A DNA stretch of 64,000 bases from Eimeria praecox (taxonomy: Eukaryota). Shown in pieces: positions 38,701 through 53,300 of the stretch. Location of the stretch: contig OY986946.1 of the NCBI GenBank assembly GCA_963920595.1, positions 9,610,001 to 9,674,000 on the forward strand, written 5' to 3'. The notes under the pieces were generated by a model that had not been told where the DNA came from, ran no database searches, and saw only the letters and a list, made by a program, of their open reading frames with translations. A program made the position numbers and the translations under genes. The first letter of the stretch is position 1. Each line of letters opens with the position of its first letter.

Positions 38701-41700
38701 CTAACTCAGAGGTCCCGTAAACTCGACTGCCAAACACGGAGGTGTCGTATGGTGTGTGATGGTTCTCTGTTGTGAATAGCGTGCTGGGGAATTGGTTATG
38801 CTGCATAGCGGGCAGAGGGGAACGTTGAACTTCGTACTTGGCCACTCGTTGCTCTTCTTAGAGGATTAGTGCGCCGCGTGATCGAAGAGCGTTAAACATG
38901 AAGCACAGGCACCCATCAGAATAAGGCAGGCCTTTTAACGGATGAATACCCAAATGAGCCTAAATTGGGGCGGTTCATCACGCACGGCACGGTGCAGAGA
39001 GTGAGTCGGGCATCTAACGAATGCTGTGCGTAGGAATACTCATGAGATGACATTGAGCACGTCAGTGACGTTATCGTTGACGTTGGGCGGCAACAGGACC
39101 GTTTTGCTGTTAAATCAAACTGAATTATGCAGAGAGTAGGCTTGTATTTCCGTGGTGGGTTGAGCCTAATTGTGCGCCTGCTCAGGAAGACGCGGTCATG
39201 TCTATACAACCCGCTGATCAGATTTCGAGCGTCTTCTGCCTTCTCCCCACTGTGATTTGTTATGAGTGTAGGTACTTGGGAGCTACGCCGCACTGCAAGA
39301 CGCTCCACCGCATCCCTTGGTAGTGATGGAGCATTCAGTGAATGTAGCATGGAAATCGCCGCATTCGCGCTGTAATTGCAATAGGCGGAAGCAAGCATGC
39401 CCTGCGCATGCAGCACTGAATTTCCTTAAGGCTACCACCTTTCAGGTGGGGGGTGTGCACAACGTACACAGGAAAGGCAAAACGAGAGGCTGCATTTTCA
39501 AGCACTGCCCAAAACCAGTCGGTACGCTGAAGAAGCAGCTGGAGCACACAAACTATAATTCATAAATCAGTGGTGGAGAGTTGTAGGCATTTTAACGAAG
39601 TAGCATTTATCTGGTGTCCCTTAAGGAAAATGGTGCACCCTTGCTGCTGGCGATTGACGCTTTTGGAAGCGTCGCTCCAATTCCACGCTGGGTTGCAGAA
39701 ACGCAACAATGGCCAAGGAGCTACCTTAGCTCAGCCAAACGCTATTTTGTCCAGGGCGTACGCAACTGATATTTATACAAAGGTTGCGGAAGCGTACACA
39801 CACAGTATCGCTGAAACGCAACAATGAACAGTAACTTTGCAGTAGCCAGCAGCATTCCTCTTGTTTAAACCGCTGAATATGCGTCGCAGAGCGTGAGTGC
39901 ATTTCCTCACACGCAACGTTCAGCTGTCGGCCTGGTACCAATTTGGCAAGGTAGCTTGGACAGCTCCTGGGTCACGTTGGGGCGTGCACACGTATTTGCT
40001 GCATGCCCCGGTACAGCCCATCAGAAGCATCAGGAATGCGTTAAGACTAGGGGAAGGGTTGATGCCCATCCTACTGCGAATGCTTACATCGAAGGACCGT
40101 GCTTGTGTCATTAAGGGGAACACCATGATGGTAACAAGTGATTAATGTGCTCTTTCCTGTGTTGGCGGCAGATTGTACGCCTATAGGCATCGAGGGCTTC
40201 GAGTTGCGCAGCTGCTGTTGCGTGGAGCCGAAAGCGCTGACTCTGTTCTGGTGAATTTACCGATCCCCTTGCATTTGGTGCATGCCCATCTGCCCAAAAA
40301 GGGAGTGAGGTCAACGTCTTGAAGATATGTGAAGTCGCTTGTACAGATGTTTATGGCTACATAGTTAGTGGCACCGAAGCCAAGCACTTTCGTATTCAGC
40401 AAATAACCGGCCGCTATTAACAGGCATCTTGCGGAGGTGTGCACATGCGGCATTCATGGAAGGCAGCAATGTAGTAACTTATCCAGCACCATTCCTCTTG
40501 TATAAATCGCTGAATTTACGTCGCAGAACGTGAGTGCATTTCCTCACACGCAACGTTCAGCAGTCGGCTTGGTACCAATTTGGCAAGACAGCTTGGACAG
40601 TTCCTGGGTCACGTCGGGGCGTGAACACTTATATATGGTGCATGCCTCGCTACAGGCCATGACAAGCATTAGGAATAGGGTAAGACTAACGCAAGGGGTT
40701 GATGCCGATCCTACTGCGAATGCTTGCATCTAAGCATCGCGCTTGTGTCATTAAAGGGAACGCCATGATGCTAACAAGTGATTAATGTGCTCTTTCCTGT
40801 GTTGCTGGCAGCTTGTACGCCTGGCGGCATCGAGGCATCGAGTTATGCAGCTACTGTTGCGTGGAGCCGAAAGCACTGACTCTGTTCTGGTGAATTTACC
40901 GATCCCCATGCACTTGGTGCATGCGCTTAAAAGGCGGTGAGGTTAACGTCTTGCAGAGATGTGCATCCACATGTGCAGACATTTGTAACTACATAGTTCG
41001 TGGTGGTGATGCCAAAAAGGGCGTGGCTGTTCGGCCACATTGGCCTGCGCAGCTCAATGGAATTTGACACCGCAGGGCGTAGGTCTGTGAGGTTATTAAG
41101 AGGGTCCTGAGGCGTCCCTGTTGACTAGGAGCAGCGCATCGCAGCGCTGCTCTGTTTGCATCCGTGGTGTGGGGGTAGACCGGCCAGGGCTGCAGAATCG
41201 ATTGCGCCATAAATTAGTGCAGCTGCAAGTGCGACTGCAACGAACGCAGGTGGACAAAAAAGGAACAATGCTAACCGCTGATTTGGCAATGAGGAAGAAG
41301 TACCGCCTCGGGCGACTACCCTGAGTTGCTCTGCTCAGCTGGTGAGTCATACAGTTAGCACAAACTATGGTTAATTTCGAAGGGATTGGCATGCAAGAGT
41401 TTTGCCTGGTGATGCTGGAACTGCACGCAGTCCCCGCAGATATTTGCGGGGCCGCGAAAGAGTCACCTGCAACCGCTTGAAGGAACGAAGCTGAAACTGT
41501 GAATGTCATTCAGTGGAATTGTGTAACTCCTAAGCCTGCGTATTTGGCTGCACAGTTGGTGACTGCCGACCATTTGAAAGAATGACGCTTCTGCACACGC
41601 ATTGCTCAACCCACTCAATACATGCAAAGAACTGTTGCGCTATGCGGGGCATTTCCTTTATGTTCTGAGATGCTTAAGTAGTTTCCTTTGTAAACCTCCC

Positions 41701-44700
41701 ACGAGATACGTTAGCATTAGGGTGGCGCATTCTTACCTGACCCGATAGAGTGAATCATGTTTTCTTCTTCCAGTCTAGCTTTTACAGATCCGTGAATAGC
41801 TGCCAACTTGGCTTCTTATCCCTCGTTGGAAATGCCATTGACTAGTTCTGCGCGCCCGTGTAACCGCAGGTGTCCGTTGATGCATAAACAAGCACTTGCC
41901 GGAGACCATATATTTATTTAAAGATGCGTGACAGTAAAAGAAGTCTCCTGTGATTTAGGCGAGCATTCGTTGTTCCGGGGTATTTTGGCTTTAGCAGTGG
42001 CCGAGCCTAGTGGTGAAGTAACGGAAAGTCATGCGGTAGTATTTGTAACCTCCAGGACAGTGCCTATCGCCAATGTAAAGGCGGCGGCTGGCCTCCCGTC
42101 ATAGGTATGACGCGGGTGGTGCTGATACGTTGTAGTTTGTGCGTTTACCATACGGGTGTTGATTGCTTCATCACTAGAGCGCCGATTTAGCAGCAGCTCT
42201 CAGGATTTAGACAAGGAACAAAAAGGGAGCTGCGTTACTTTGTTAACAGGCCGTTGTATCCAGCAAGCATGGCACAAAATGAATGGCGCAGCAGCCGCTA
42301 GGGCAACAATTAAAGTAATACCTTGAACGTAATGAGTGCACTTGGCAGCCTTCATAAGCAGCAGCCTTCATAAACATGCATACACAATATAAATATTTGG
42401 TGCGCAGGCTTTTTATATGGCGCCGAGGCTGAACTTGAGCGGCTACGGCGAAGCAAAAGTATTTGTACCGCAGAGTGTTTGGGCATCTTGACGTTTATTT
42501 GAGCGTATGCTGAGCCTATGCCTCTAGTTACTAATGCCACTGTGACAGGGTTATACGTCAGCGTGCACTCTCATGGAATAGCCAGACAATGAACCCATTA
42601 GTTTTTCTTAAGTACCATGCGCAGGAGCTAACTCATGCCGCACGCATGCCATGGCAAACGTGTCAGCGCGGACCATGACGGCATTGGACAAAGCGTTAAG
42701 AGTATCCGCGGTTATTCGTTCTTGCAGCTGTGCAACCGGGAAGGCAAAGTATAACTTTGCGGTGACAGAACCAGCGTGTGTATGGGAAAGGACGTGGGAA
42801 CGCTTGGGTTGAGGAACGCAACACCAAAGGGGCGTCCGCAAAAGCCGGCATGGGCGTTGGGAGCCGCCGGGCATTGCGCATTTTCCGTCTGAGGTACGGC
42901 TTTATCCACACCAGGAAAAGCAAGTAAGCAGGCATTGCTAGTGATGGATTCGGAAATTATTTACTGGGCATCGGGCTGCGAATACAACCAAGCCTTTGAA
43001 ACAACTCGCCTATTTCGTACGCCCTATGAATCCATATGAGCAGCTACGCTTGCAGGAGCCTGGAACAGTGAAGGGCCTGCATGCATAGGACACGAGCTTA
43101 GCCACATCAACCTTTCACCTTGAAGTGTTATGTGGAAGTGCAACTAGGCCTATATCAGCAGTATGCTTCTAGCTATTCCTGTAGTAATTGTAGGAAGGCG
43201 TGAGTGAGTTGCTGGAGCCTTAATCCCGATACGCAATGCGATGAAATACGGGCGCAGCACCTATTGCAATGTTTACGCCACCTGGTCCAGGGCTCTGCGT
43301 GTACGCGCCGGCCTTCATATCGTGAGTAATAATTTACCATTGTGTCCGCCCCTCAGTGCTGGCAGATAGGTATTGGTTTGCTGTCGCCCCCCTATACACA
43401 GCGACGGGAAACCAATACTTATCGAGCGGTGCTCCGTGCGGTCTCTAGCAATCCATATGGGCGCACAGGATTTGTGGGCACTCTCCGTGCGAGGCGCTGC
43501 TGTGAATCTGCGTTGGCGAAACGGAACGGGTATTTAATTAGCTGGCATTGATACCCCGCTGCGGTGCACCGAGCCCTTCTTGTATTCCAAGGACGCGCTG
43601 GTGCCTCCACTGATTTGAACTTGACAGTCTTCGCGATGCTGCGAGGGAAGAAGAGAGCCGTCTGAGCAGCAATTGTGAGATATGCTTGCGCACGCACTTA
43701 CGCAGGGATGGCGTTGAACGCCAAATTTATCATGCGCCCGGTGAAGGCAGATATAAGGCCTGCCACATCATAGTTTGCTTTACTGAATAAATAAGGCTGT
43801 GGCTGTACAGTAGTCGGGAATGATAAAGATGTAGTTTCCTCGATGCGGGAGATGGCGGTATGGGGAATCTGGGTAGCTGTGCGGCCCCGAGCACTGTTCT
43901 GCGTGTACATCCCTGAGTGCGGGTGCACGGTTATGCTTCGGGAAAAGATTTGCGCAGTTTGATGTCGGTCAAAATTATTTTCTTACACGTATTCACAGGT
44001 GCTGATCGCACCGTACGCATTTGCTGGATCTGTGCCTTTCTCTGGAACTCTTTACCGTTTGCACCTTCTACGAGCGATAGCCCCAGGCACATTGTAAAGG
44101 GCCGTGAATTTTTCGCAAACGTCTGGCTGAGCCGCACGTGTCTTGCTCATAACGGATATGTACTCCATATGCACCTGTCTGTGGATGCGACGGGGCACCG
44201 CTTCCTTCGTTTCGGAGTTTCACGCTGTTCGGCTCAGCCAGTAAGCATAGCGTTTATCCAACAATTTGGGAGGCGCGTCCTCCTGACGTCAAAGCTTTGA
44301 CGCCAGGAGGACGCATTGTGAACAGCCCGCTTGAAACAGGGTGATTGTGGGGTGCGCCTGAACACTTCGACCGGCTTGTATATACACAGTTAGTTGCCTG
44401 GCTAGTTTGCAAGATGCGTACGTGCTTGTAGAATGTAGACGGGAACGGGTAGCTGGAGAGGAGGCATGGGATCATTTCGCTGTGGCGGTGCTCTACTGTG
44501 ATATTGTTGAGTGCAATGGATTGGGGTGCTTTGATGTGCATTTTTGAACGGGCTCTGTCGCCAAGCGTTGTTTTGCTCAGTAGATAAGGCAGTGTCTGTG
44601 CAGTGTTGCACTAGCCAGGAGTGACAGGTGAGAGGTTTGTGGCTTTTGCTATGGGTGGCATGGCGGTGCGCAATGCGTGCGTAACGGTGCGGGCTGGAGT

Positions 44701-47700
44701 ACTGCTGTGCATGGGAAAGCCTGTAAGTACTTGCAAGGCGATGACTGGGTTAGGCGTTTTGTTTGTTGAACTCGGTCAAAATGATTTGTACACGAGGGCA
44801 TGAGTATTTGGTAGATCTGTGCCTCTGGCTGGAATTGTTTCGTAACACGTGCAACGCCTGCATATACTAGACCGGGGCGCATGAGAAAGGGCCGCGAGCT
44901 AGTCGCGCTTTCTTGGACCCTCCAAGATGAACATATCAGACTACAGCATGCGGACCAATCGAAGTGCTTACCTGTTTAATATAATTTCTTGCTGCAACTG
45001 ACAAGCGTGAAATTGCTGGTTTGCCGTAGCAAAGTGGTGGTTACAGCGCGGGCTGTATACGTTTAACGGCATATATTTTGTGTGCGCCTATCTGCAGATG
45101 CAGTGTAACATCCCCTCCTCTTTTTCGCAATCTCACGATTCTCGACTCAGACGGTATGCCCCTTCTCTGTGCCAACGCTTCGCAGGGAGTTCCGCGGATA
45201 GCGGGAAGCATTAATCACAGGGAGTGGAAAGCATGCTCACAGGCGGAGGCCATCCTCACCTGAACTGTGCGCGAGTCCAAGTTGATAGGTAGTTACCGCG
45301 GCTCCTTGTTGCTGTGATTGGCGAACGCGGTTTGATTGGATTGCCGTAACTAAGATGTAGTTGAGGATAATGCTGCTTACTTTTAATGGACTTGCATTTT
45401 GTGTGCGCCCATCTGCAGATGCGGCGCTGCATCCCGTCCTTCGTTTTGCATTTTCACTCTGCGCCTCTCAGACAGTATGCATTGAGCTTACCTAACTGTT
45501 GGGGATGCGTTCCGAGAACACCTAACTGCAAATCCTATCCACAGCCTCATGCTTCTCGCCTTATAGGCAGTTGGACTCTCCTTCGTGCTAACGCTTCGCA
45601 GGGAGTTCCGCAGGTAGCGGAAAGCATCAATGAGAGCGAGGAGAAAGCATGCTCACCCGTGGAGGCTATCCTCAGCTGAACTGCGGGCGAATCGAAATTG
45701 ATACGTAGTTAGGGTAGCTGCTTGGTGCTGTGATTGGCGAACGTGGCTTGATTGCATTGCAGTAACTACGAGGGACTTGAGGACAATGCTGCTTACTTTT
45801 AATGGATTTGTATTTTGTGTGGGCCTATCGGGTCCGTGCCCGTTTGTATTTGTTGGATCTGTGTATGTTGTTGGCCTGTTTCGTGACACCTTAACCGCCA
45901 ACGCGTGCTAGGCCGACAAACATGATAAAAGTATCGCCCGCTCTTCGTTTGTAATCCGATCCTCGCTGGCTCACTGGGTTATACGCCAACCACTGCGTAT
46001 AACTCGTGCCAGTGCGCATCCATACTGATTCAGGAGCTTGTTGTCTCCACTGACGAGCGCGAGCCAATCGCATTTTCGTAACAAGCATGTAGATGAGCCG
46101 CACATTGCTTGTTTTTTAACGGGCATGTACTGCATGTGCGCCTATCTCTAGGTGGAACGCGGGAGCGCGTCCTTCTGTTTGCATTCTCACGCTGTTCGGC
46201 TCAGCCAGTAAGTATCGCGTTTACCAAACACTTTGGAAGGTGGTTTGAGGGAAGCAGGAAGCATTGTGAGCAGCCCTTTTGAACCGTGTTGGTGGTGGGA
46301 CGCGCCTGAACACTGCTACCGTTCGGTATGCACACAGTTAGTTGTCTGGCTAGTTTGCAGATACGCAGCAAGATGCGCGGGTGCTTGTAAACTGCAGACG
46401 AAAGGGCGGAGAAGGCAAGGACATATGGAATTATTTCGCTGTGGTGGTACGCGTCTGTGATATTGCTGAGGGCGATGGATTGGGGCGGCTTGATGTGCAT
46501 TTGTTGAGTGGGTTCTGTCATCACGCGTTGTTTTGCTGAGTATATAAGGCAGTGTCTGTGCAGCGTTGTACTATCGAGGAGGGCCATTGAGGTTTTCGCT
46601 GTGAGGGGAATTGTGGAATGTCCCCTCTGTGTGGCTGTGCGTCCCAAAGCACTGGTGTGCGTGGGCATGTCTGAGCGCACTCAGAATGGGGCATTTGGTG
46701 GTGGGATTTTTGTTGGTTAGAGTCGGCCCAAAGGATGTGGTCACCTGCAGTCGCAGGGTCCGGCCGTGGCTTTTGTATATGTTGAATCTGTGTATGCCGT
46801 TGGGCTGTTTTGTGACACCTTAACCTCCTGCAGGTGTTAGCCCGGCAAATATGATGAAGGGTCGCGCGCTCTTGGTTTGTCATCCGATCCTCACAGGAAA
46901 ATCCACTGCCTATAGAGCGTGCCAGTGCACATCCATGCCTAGTGAATGGAGCAGCTCGTTGCCGTCATTGACTAGCGCGAAAAAGGTGCATTTTCGTAGC
47001 AAGCATGTAGATGAACAGCACATTGCTCACATTGCGCCTGTTTTGCGAGGTGAAGAGAGCTGCGCATGGATCTGAAGAGAGCCTTGTAGTATCCGCAGAT
47101 GATGTTTATCGCCAGGCAGCTTCCTGCCCCTCGTTGGGGGGGGCAGACAGGCCTGAAAGCGCAGATGTACGATGTGGAAGAGACGTTGGAGTGGATGTGT
47201 GGCATATGCTACGGCTCTAAGGACGGTCAAAACAAGCGCGTTTGATTCAGGGATATCAGAACTCGGTGGCTGCAGCTTTTGCGCGCGTGGTCGGCGCCAA
47301 ATGCCCAACCCTGATCTGTGGGGACGTTACGGTAGGCTGTGCGTTGACATTCCATTAAGTGGCCCCAGACCCAGATGCCAGACTTCTGTTTTACTTCCTT
47401 AGCAGCATTTTGACTCGAACGGGGCTGAAGGGTCAACGCCAGCTCATGTCGCAATGGTGTGTGTAGGCTTGAGGATGTGCAGGACTGCTGAGCAGTTTTG
47501 AAGGACGCTACGGAGAGAGGCGGCTTTGGAGTGGCTATGCATTGCTGCATCCAGCCAGTAAGGGGACAGTGTGGGCGAAGGCTTGGAACGCTGTGCATGA
47601 GGCATTAGGCAGTGCTTCTAAGGTAGCCAGAAGTACTCCGATGGGCCGGTTTGTCAAGTGCAGTGCATGCAGCCGGAAACCATTTTGTGGCTTTAGCATG

Positions 47701-48953
47701 CAAACACCCTTGTTGCTTGAGCACACGATTCCGCCCCTGCACTTTGTAGGAAGTTCCAGAGTAGGCTGCATGAATGTGGCCGTGCTTGCCGGCTTTGCAT
47801 CAACAGACCGACCTAGCTCACTCGGCGCTTTGTGTTTTGGGGGGACAGCATGCGCAACTTGGATGACGTTATACTGGCTAGTGCAGAACCAGCGTGGTGG
47901 TGGTAGTTAGCTCTCTATTAGGGGTTTTAAGGGGGAAAAGCATGCGATGCGAGATACGAGCCCTCGCAAGATTGCTTATAGGATTTCGAAACGGGTAGCC
48001 CTAAGCACTTGCTGCTGTTCAGTGAGACGCCGGCGTCACAGTTTGTCTGTGGCATACGTTACTGTGGGCCCAAGCACACAGAAGTTTGGAATGTGAATTT
48101 ACGCTGCCTATGTGTGGGCCAGAACGATGCAAGCGCGTGAAAACGTCTTCACGTTTTGCCGGGTCCTGAGAAAGTCAAGTGAGTGCTCTGCATGTGCTGT
48201 GATAGGCGGTGCGTTAAAGCATTTCTTGTGTCTTGCTGGGTATGACATTCTTAGGAACTGCTTCTTGCTCAGGTCGAACTAATCATGAGCGGTGGCTGGC
48301 TAGGAACGTTGTGTCCAACGCGCTGGCTGCACAGCTTTGGAGTCGCTTTTGGATACATGAGAAGCAATGATATTGGGTCTATGGAGGACTTTTGCGAGTG
48401 GCCAGAGTAGCGGCGATTAAGGGCACATTCATTGTAGCTGTTGTTTAGCACCGGCTATTGTTGCTTTTAGCCTGTACGTAGACGGCATCAGCGGTGGAAT
48501 GCGCACTTTCGCAGTAGCCACCACTAAAAAATCATGGGTGCAGCCGTTGAGACGATCAACCTTAAATGTGCTCAAAATGTTGCGCCGGTGCTTCTGCGTG
48601 CTTTTGAAAGCGTTTGTTACCACGCACACGCTGCCAGTAGAGTTTCTCTCCCTTTCGTCTGCGGAGAACCACTGTGGAGCTGTGCCGATCGTCGCAATAC
48701 TTATTTAGTTGGGCTGCGCATGCTCGTGGTATGTTGGCTTCTTCGTTCGGGATTCACTGGAGGCGACGGTTGAGGCACGAGGTGCACTTGTGGCGTGCTA
48801 CCTTTGCAGAGGCGTCGAAAAAAGAATTTTCATGCGGGAAGGCGTCAATGAGCACCCAACGTGTAGGAAGCGCGAAGCGTACACGATCTTCGACACTGTA
48901 TAGAGAGGTGCGAGGTGCTCGTAGCGCGCAGGGCGTGCAGAAATCTGCAGAAC
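35127..48953. repeat. Large tandem segmental repeat, copy 2 (~12.3-kb core plus ~1.5-kb extra)
   Basis: Nearly identical to copy 1 over most of its length. The next copy is offset by ~13.82-13.84 kb (36661/50500, 43342/57162). Confidence 0.97.
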
Positions 48954-50350
48954 ATGGTGTGTGTAGGCTTGAGGATTTGCAGGACTGCTGAGCAGTTTTG
49001 CAGGACGCTACGGAGAGAGGCGGCTTTGGAGTGGCTATGCATTGCTGCATCCAGCCAGTAAGGGGACAGTGTGGGCGAAGGCTTGGAACGCTGTGTATGA
49101 GGCATTCCGGGAACGTTTAGGCAGTGCTTCTAAGGTAGCCAGAAGTACACCGATGGGCCGGTTGGCTGCGTGCAGTGCATGCAGCCGCAAACAATCCTGT
49201 GGCTTCAGCATGCAGACACCCTTGTTGCTTGAGCACACGATTCCGCCCCTGCACTTTGTAGGAAGCTCCAGAGTAGGCTGCATGAATGTGGCCGTGCTTG
49301 CCGGCTTTGCATCAACCGACCGACCTAGCTCACTCGGCGCTTTGTGTTTTGGGGGGGCAGCATGCGCAACTTGGATGACGTTGTACTGGCTAGTGCAGAA
49401 CCAGCGTGGTGGTGGTAGTTAGCTCTCTTTTAGGGGTGTTAAGGGGGCAAAGCATGCGATGCGAGATACGAGCCCTCGCAAGGTTGCTTACAGAATTTCG
49501 AAACGGGTAGCCCTAAGCATTTGCTGCTGTTCAGTGAGACGCCGGCGTCACAGTTTGTCTGTGGCATACGTTACTGTGGGCCCAAGCACACAGAAGTTTG
49601 GAATGTGAATTTACGCTGCCTAAGTGTGGGCCAGAACGATGCAAGCGCGTGAAAACGTCTTCACGTTTTGCCGGATCCTGAGGAAGCCAAGTGAGTGCTC
49701 TGCATGTGCTGTGATAGGCGGTGCGTTAAAGCATTTCTTGTGTCTTGCTGGGTATGACATTCTTAGGAACTGCTTCTTGCTCAGGTCGAACTAATCATGA
49801 GCGGTGGCTGGCTAGGAACGTTGTGTCCAACGCGCTGGCTGCACAGCTTTGGAGTCGCTTTTGGATACATGAGAAGCAATGATATTGGGTCTATGGAGGA
49901 CTTTTGCGAGTGGCCAGAGTAGCGGTGATTAAGGGCACATTCATTGTAGCTGTTGTTTAGCACCGGCTATTGTTGCGTTTAGCCTGTACGTAGACGGCAT
50001 CAGCGGTGGAATGCGCACTTTCGCAGTAGCCACCACTAAAAAATCATGGGTGCCGCCGTTGAGACGATCAACCTTAAATGTGCTCAAAATGTTGCGCCGG
50101 TGCTTCTGCGTGCTTTTGAAAGCGTTTGTTACCACGCACACGCTGCCAGGAGAGTTTCTCTCCCTTTCGTCTGCGGAGAACCACTGTGGAGCTGTGCCGA
50201 TCGTCGCAATACTTAATTAGTATGCTCGTGGTATGTTGGCTTCTTCGTTCGGGATTCACTGGAGGCGACGGTTGAGGCACGAGGTGCACTTGCGGCGTGC
50301 TACCTCGCCGATTTTGCAGAGGCGCTAAAAAAAGAATTTTCACGCGGAAA
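47454..50350. repeat. ~1.5-kb tandem duplication at the copy 2/copy 3 junction
   Basis: ORFs 47535/49035 (1500) and 48269/49781 (1512). The 12-bp difference is an insertion, CCGGGAACGTTT, near 49107. Confidence 0.93.
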
Positions 50351-53300
50351 GACGCCAGGGTTCGTCAGCGGCGTCTCCTAAGGTGTGGTATTACCGTCAG
50401 TAGCGGGACTGGTCAGTGTGGAGCTGCCTTCACGTCGGAATAGGCGGGGTTTAGCAGGCTAGCTGCAGCTTCACATGCGTCGTCAGGCACGCGCAAGTCT
50501 CAGAGGCAGGATTCACATGTGATGGAAAAGGCCGTGCGTGGGAATGTTATTCTGCTACCCCGGCGTCTCCGCAAGCAATCGATGACTCTTACGTTTGATG
50601 GGTGTGCCAAGCCCTGAGCTTGTTGCAATGCTTGCAGCTCAATATTGCGTGTGCCTTGTGTGGACACCGCTTCCTGTGAATGCTTCAACGTCAGCCCGAG
50701 TTGCGCTGGCCGACAAACGTTATAAACTATGAGGCGTCTGGGCTGCAGGACGCCACAAGGGTGTGCATGCGAAACTGTTGTGTAGCGTGGGCTGCGCAGA
50801 AACACGCAGAACATGAGGTATTGCCGGTGGATCTTGCAGGGCGGGAAGCTAGCCTGCCAGGGACTCTAACGAGGGGCGGTCGTTTTGTGCCAGTGTGTTG
50901 CTGCTTCAGCCAGTAAGCAGCCTGTGTGGGCGGATGCTTGTAATGCTGCTCACCAGTCCTCTGGGGAAGTGTTTTATGCAGCGCTGGCGGAATGTGTGGC
51001 TGTATTGCGAGGCGAGTATACCTGGGCATGCATCTGAAGACAGCCTTGTAGTATCCGCACATGATGTGTATCGCCAGGCAGTTTCCATCTCCTCCCTGTG
51101 GGGTGGCAAGGCAGGCCTACATATGCAGATGTACGATGAGGAAGAGACGTTGGAGTGGATCTGTGGCATATGCGGCGCTTGAATTCGTTTGCGTGTAGCT
51201 AAGCTATGAGGGAGGCATGAACAGCGCATGCTGCTGCTTGTGGTTCGTCGATTTTGGTTGAGGTGTTTTGCGTTGAAAGCTGGTGGAATTTTGTGCATTA
51301 TACTGACACTCTATTCGAGTTCATATTCGTAACATCGGAAAGTGTTCGTAATACTTAAACACTATAGGTAGAGTCAAAAGGGAAACATATAAGTCTGCAT
51401 ATGCGTGATGCTTTCTGCAAGTCTGGAACATCTTTGGCTCTTGCTTGTCCTCCAAGAAGAACGGTTGTGAATGGACGTTCCTTGCAACCAGCTTCATTGC
51501 CCTCATTTTGGCTAGGTAAAGGCACGGTTCGCATGATCTGGTTGAGCTCAGCCGTGCCTGTTGAGAACATACGCATTATTTGGGGGAGAGTGAGCGGCCC
51601 CTCTTGTGCGAACATCATGGAGCTGTGCAGTTTGCAGGAGCAGGTATAGTGCGATTGTGGTGTGCAGAAGCCTTCCCTGCCATTGCGGTTGCGTGCTGCT
51701 TTACCAAGCGAGTGCGCGCATAGGGTGGAAACAGGCCTAGGGTTGCGCTGACTTCGGAGCAGACCCTCTGAGCTGGTGGACGGAAACTCTTAAGCATTTG
51801 TGCGATCTACTGTCAGAAAGGAGGCCTTATTTTGCTCATGTAGTGTAGGCCGTCGCGAGTGCTTGCTGATGCAAAGTAGGTGCTAGCTTCTCTGATGAAC
51901 TACGCGATTGCTAGGGTGAGCAAACACACTCACACGACACGTGTTCAACAGTTTCACCGCTGTTCAAAACGAGTCAGAGCTGCTGACTAAGACGGTTATT
52001 TTGCGCTTCGAGAATACGGATAGTAGCGAGTGCTGGTGGTGTGAGGATGCCGCGGTGGGGGTAAAAGTGTTCGCTGGACTAGTCAGTCCTCAGTCAAGGA
52101 GATGAATGCGACGCCTGCAGTGGCCAGGGGCATGTACGTGGAATTTCTGCTCACTGGCGCACCGCTGTAGAGACGGAAAATGCAGTGTTCAGCATAGCTG
52201 CCAACAGAGTGCATTCAATTCAAGTCCCTAGCGTTGAACTAGCTACAAAATAGAAACGAAGAGCTTCGTACGGACTTAATGCAGCTTGTTCGCAACACAC
52301 ACTGGCCATCGCTTCCTAATGGAATACTACGCAGCCTAGGGAAGCCATTAACGCGCGCCTTATTAGGCATAACAAGAAATGCATGCTGTATGGATCACGT
52401 GCCGTTGGGTTTCGCATTATGCGTCGGCCTTCGCACTCAAAGTTTATCAAATGCGTGTCCTGCTTGGTTTCAGGGCTATACTTTACGCTGATTGCGGTCT
52501 TACTTTGTCACCGAATGCCGAAGACATCCACACAGTCCGCTACCTCAGAGGTCCCGTACACTCGACTGCCAAGCGCCGCGGTATATGGTATATGGTGCGT
52601 GGTGGTTCTCTGTTATGAATAGCGTGCTGCGGAATTCGATATGCTGCCTAGCGGGCAGAGAGGAACGTTGAACTTCGCACCCGGCCACTCGTTGCTCTGC
52701 TTAGCTGGTGAGCGCGCCGCTCGGTCGAAAACCGGTGAACATGAAGAACAGGCACCCATCAAAATAAGGCATGCCTTTTAACGGATGAATACCCAAATGA
52801 GCCTAAATTGGGGTGGTTCCTCACGCACGGCACTTCGCAGAAAGTGAGTCGGGCATCTAACCAACGCTGTGCGCAGGAATACTCATGAGATGACATTGAG
52901 CACATTAATGGCGTTATCTTTGACGTTGGGCGGCAATACGGCCGTTTGGGCGTTAAATCAAGTTGAGTTATGCAGAGAGTAGGCTTGTATTCCCGTGATG
53001 GGTTGAGCCTAATTGTGTGTAATTGTGTGCCTGTTGGGCAAGGCGCGGGCATGGCTATACAATCCGCTGATCAGATTTCGAGCGTCTTCTGCCTTCTCCC
53101 CACTGTGATTTGTGGTTAGTGTAGGTACTTGGAAGCTAAGCCGCACTGCAAGACGCTCCACCTCATCCCTTGGTAATGATGGAGCATTCAGCGAATGCAG
53201 CGTGAGGTCACCGCATTCGTGCCGAAATTGCATTAGGCGGAGGCATGCATGCCCTGCGCGTGCAGCACTGAATTTCGATAAGGCTACCACCTTTCAGGTG

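Noticed and set aside
40181..40453. CTKCKGIG resembling a DnaJ CxxCxGxG zinc-finger repeat
   Set aside because: Single motif with no J-domain context; altered or frameshifted in the other 640-bp units.
48841..48852. GGCGTCAATGAG shared with the 871-bp unit (~57829)
   Set aside because: An isolated 12-mer without flanking similarity; plausible by chance.
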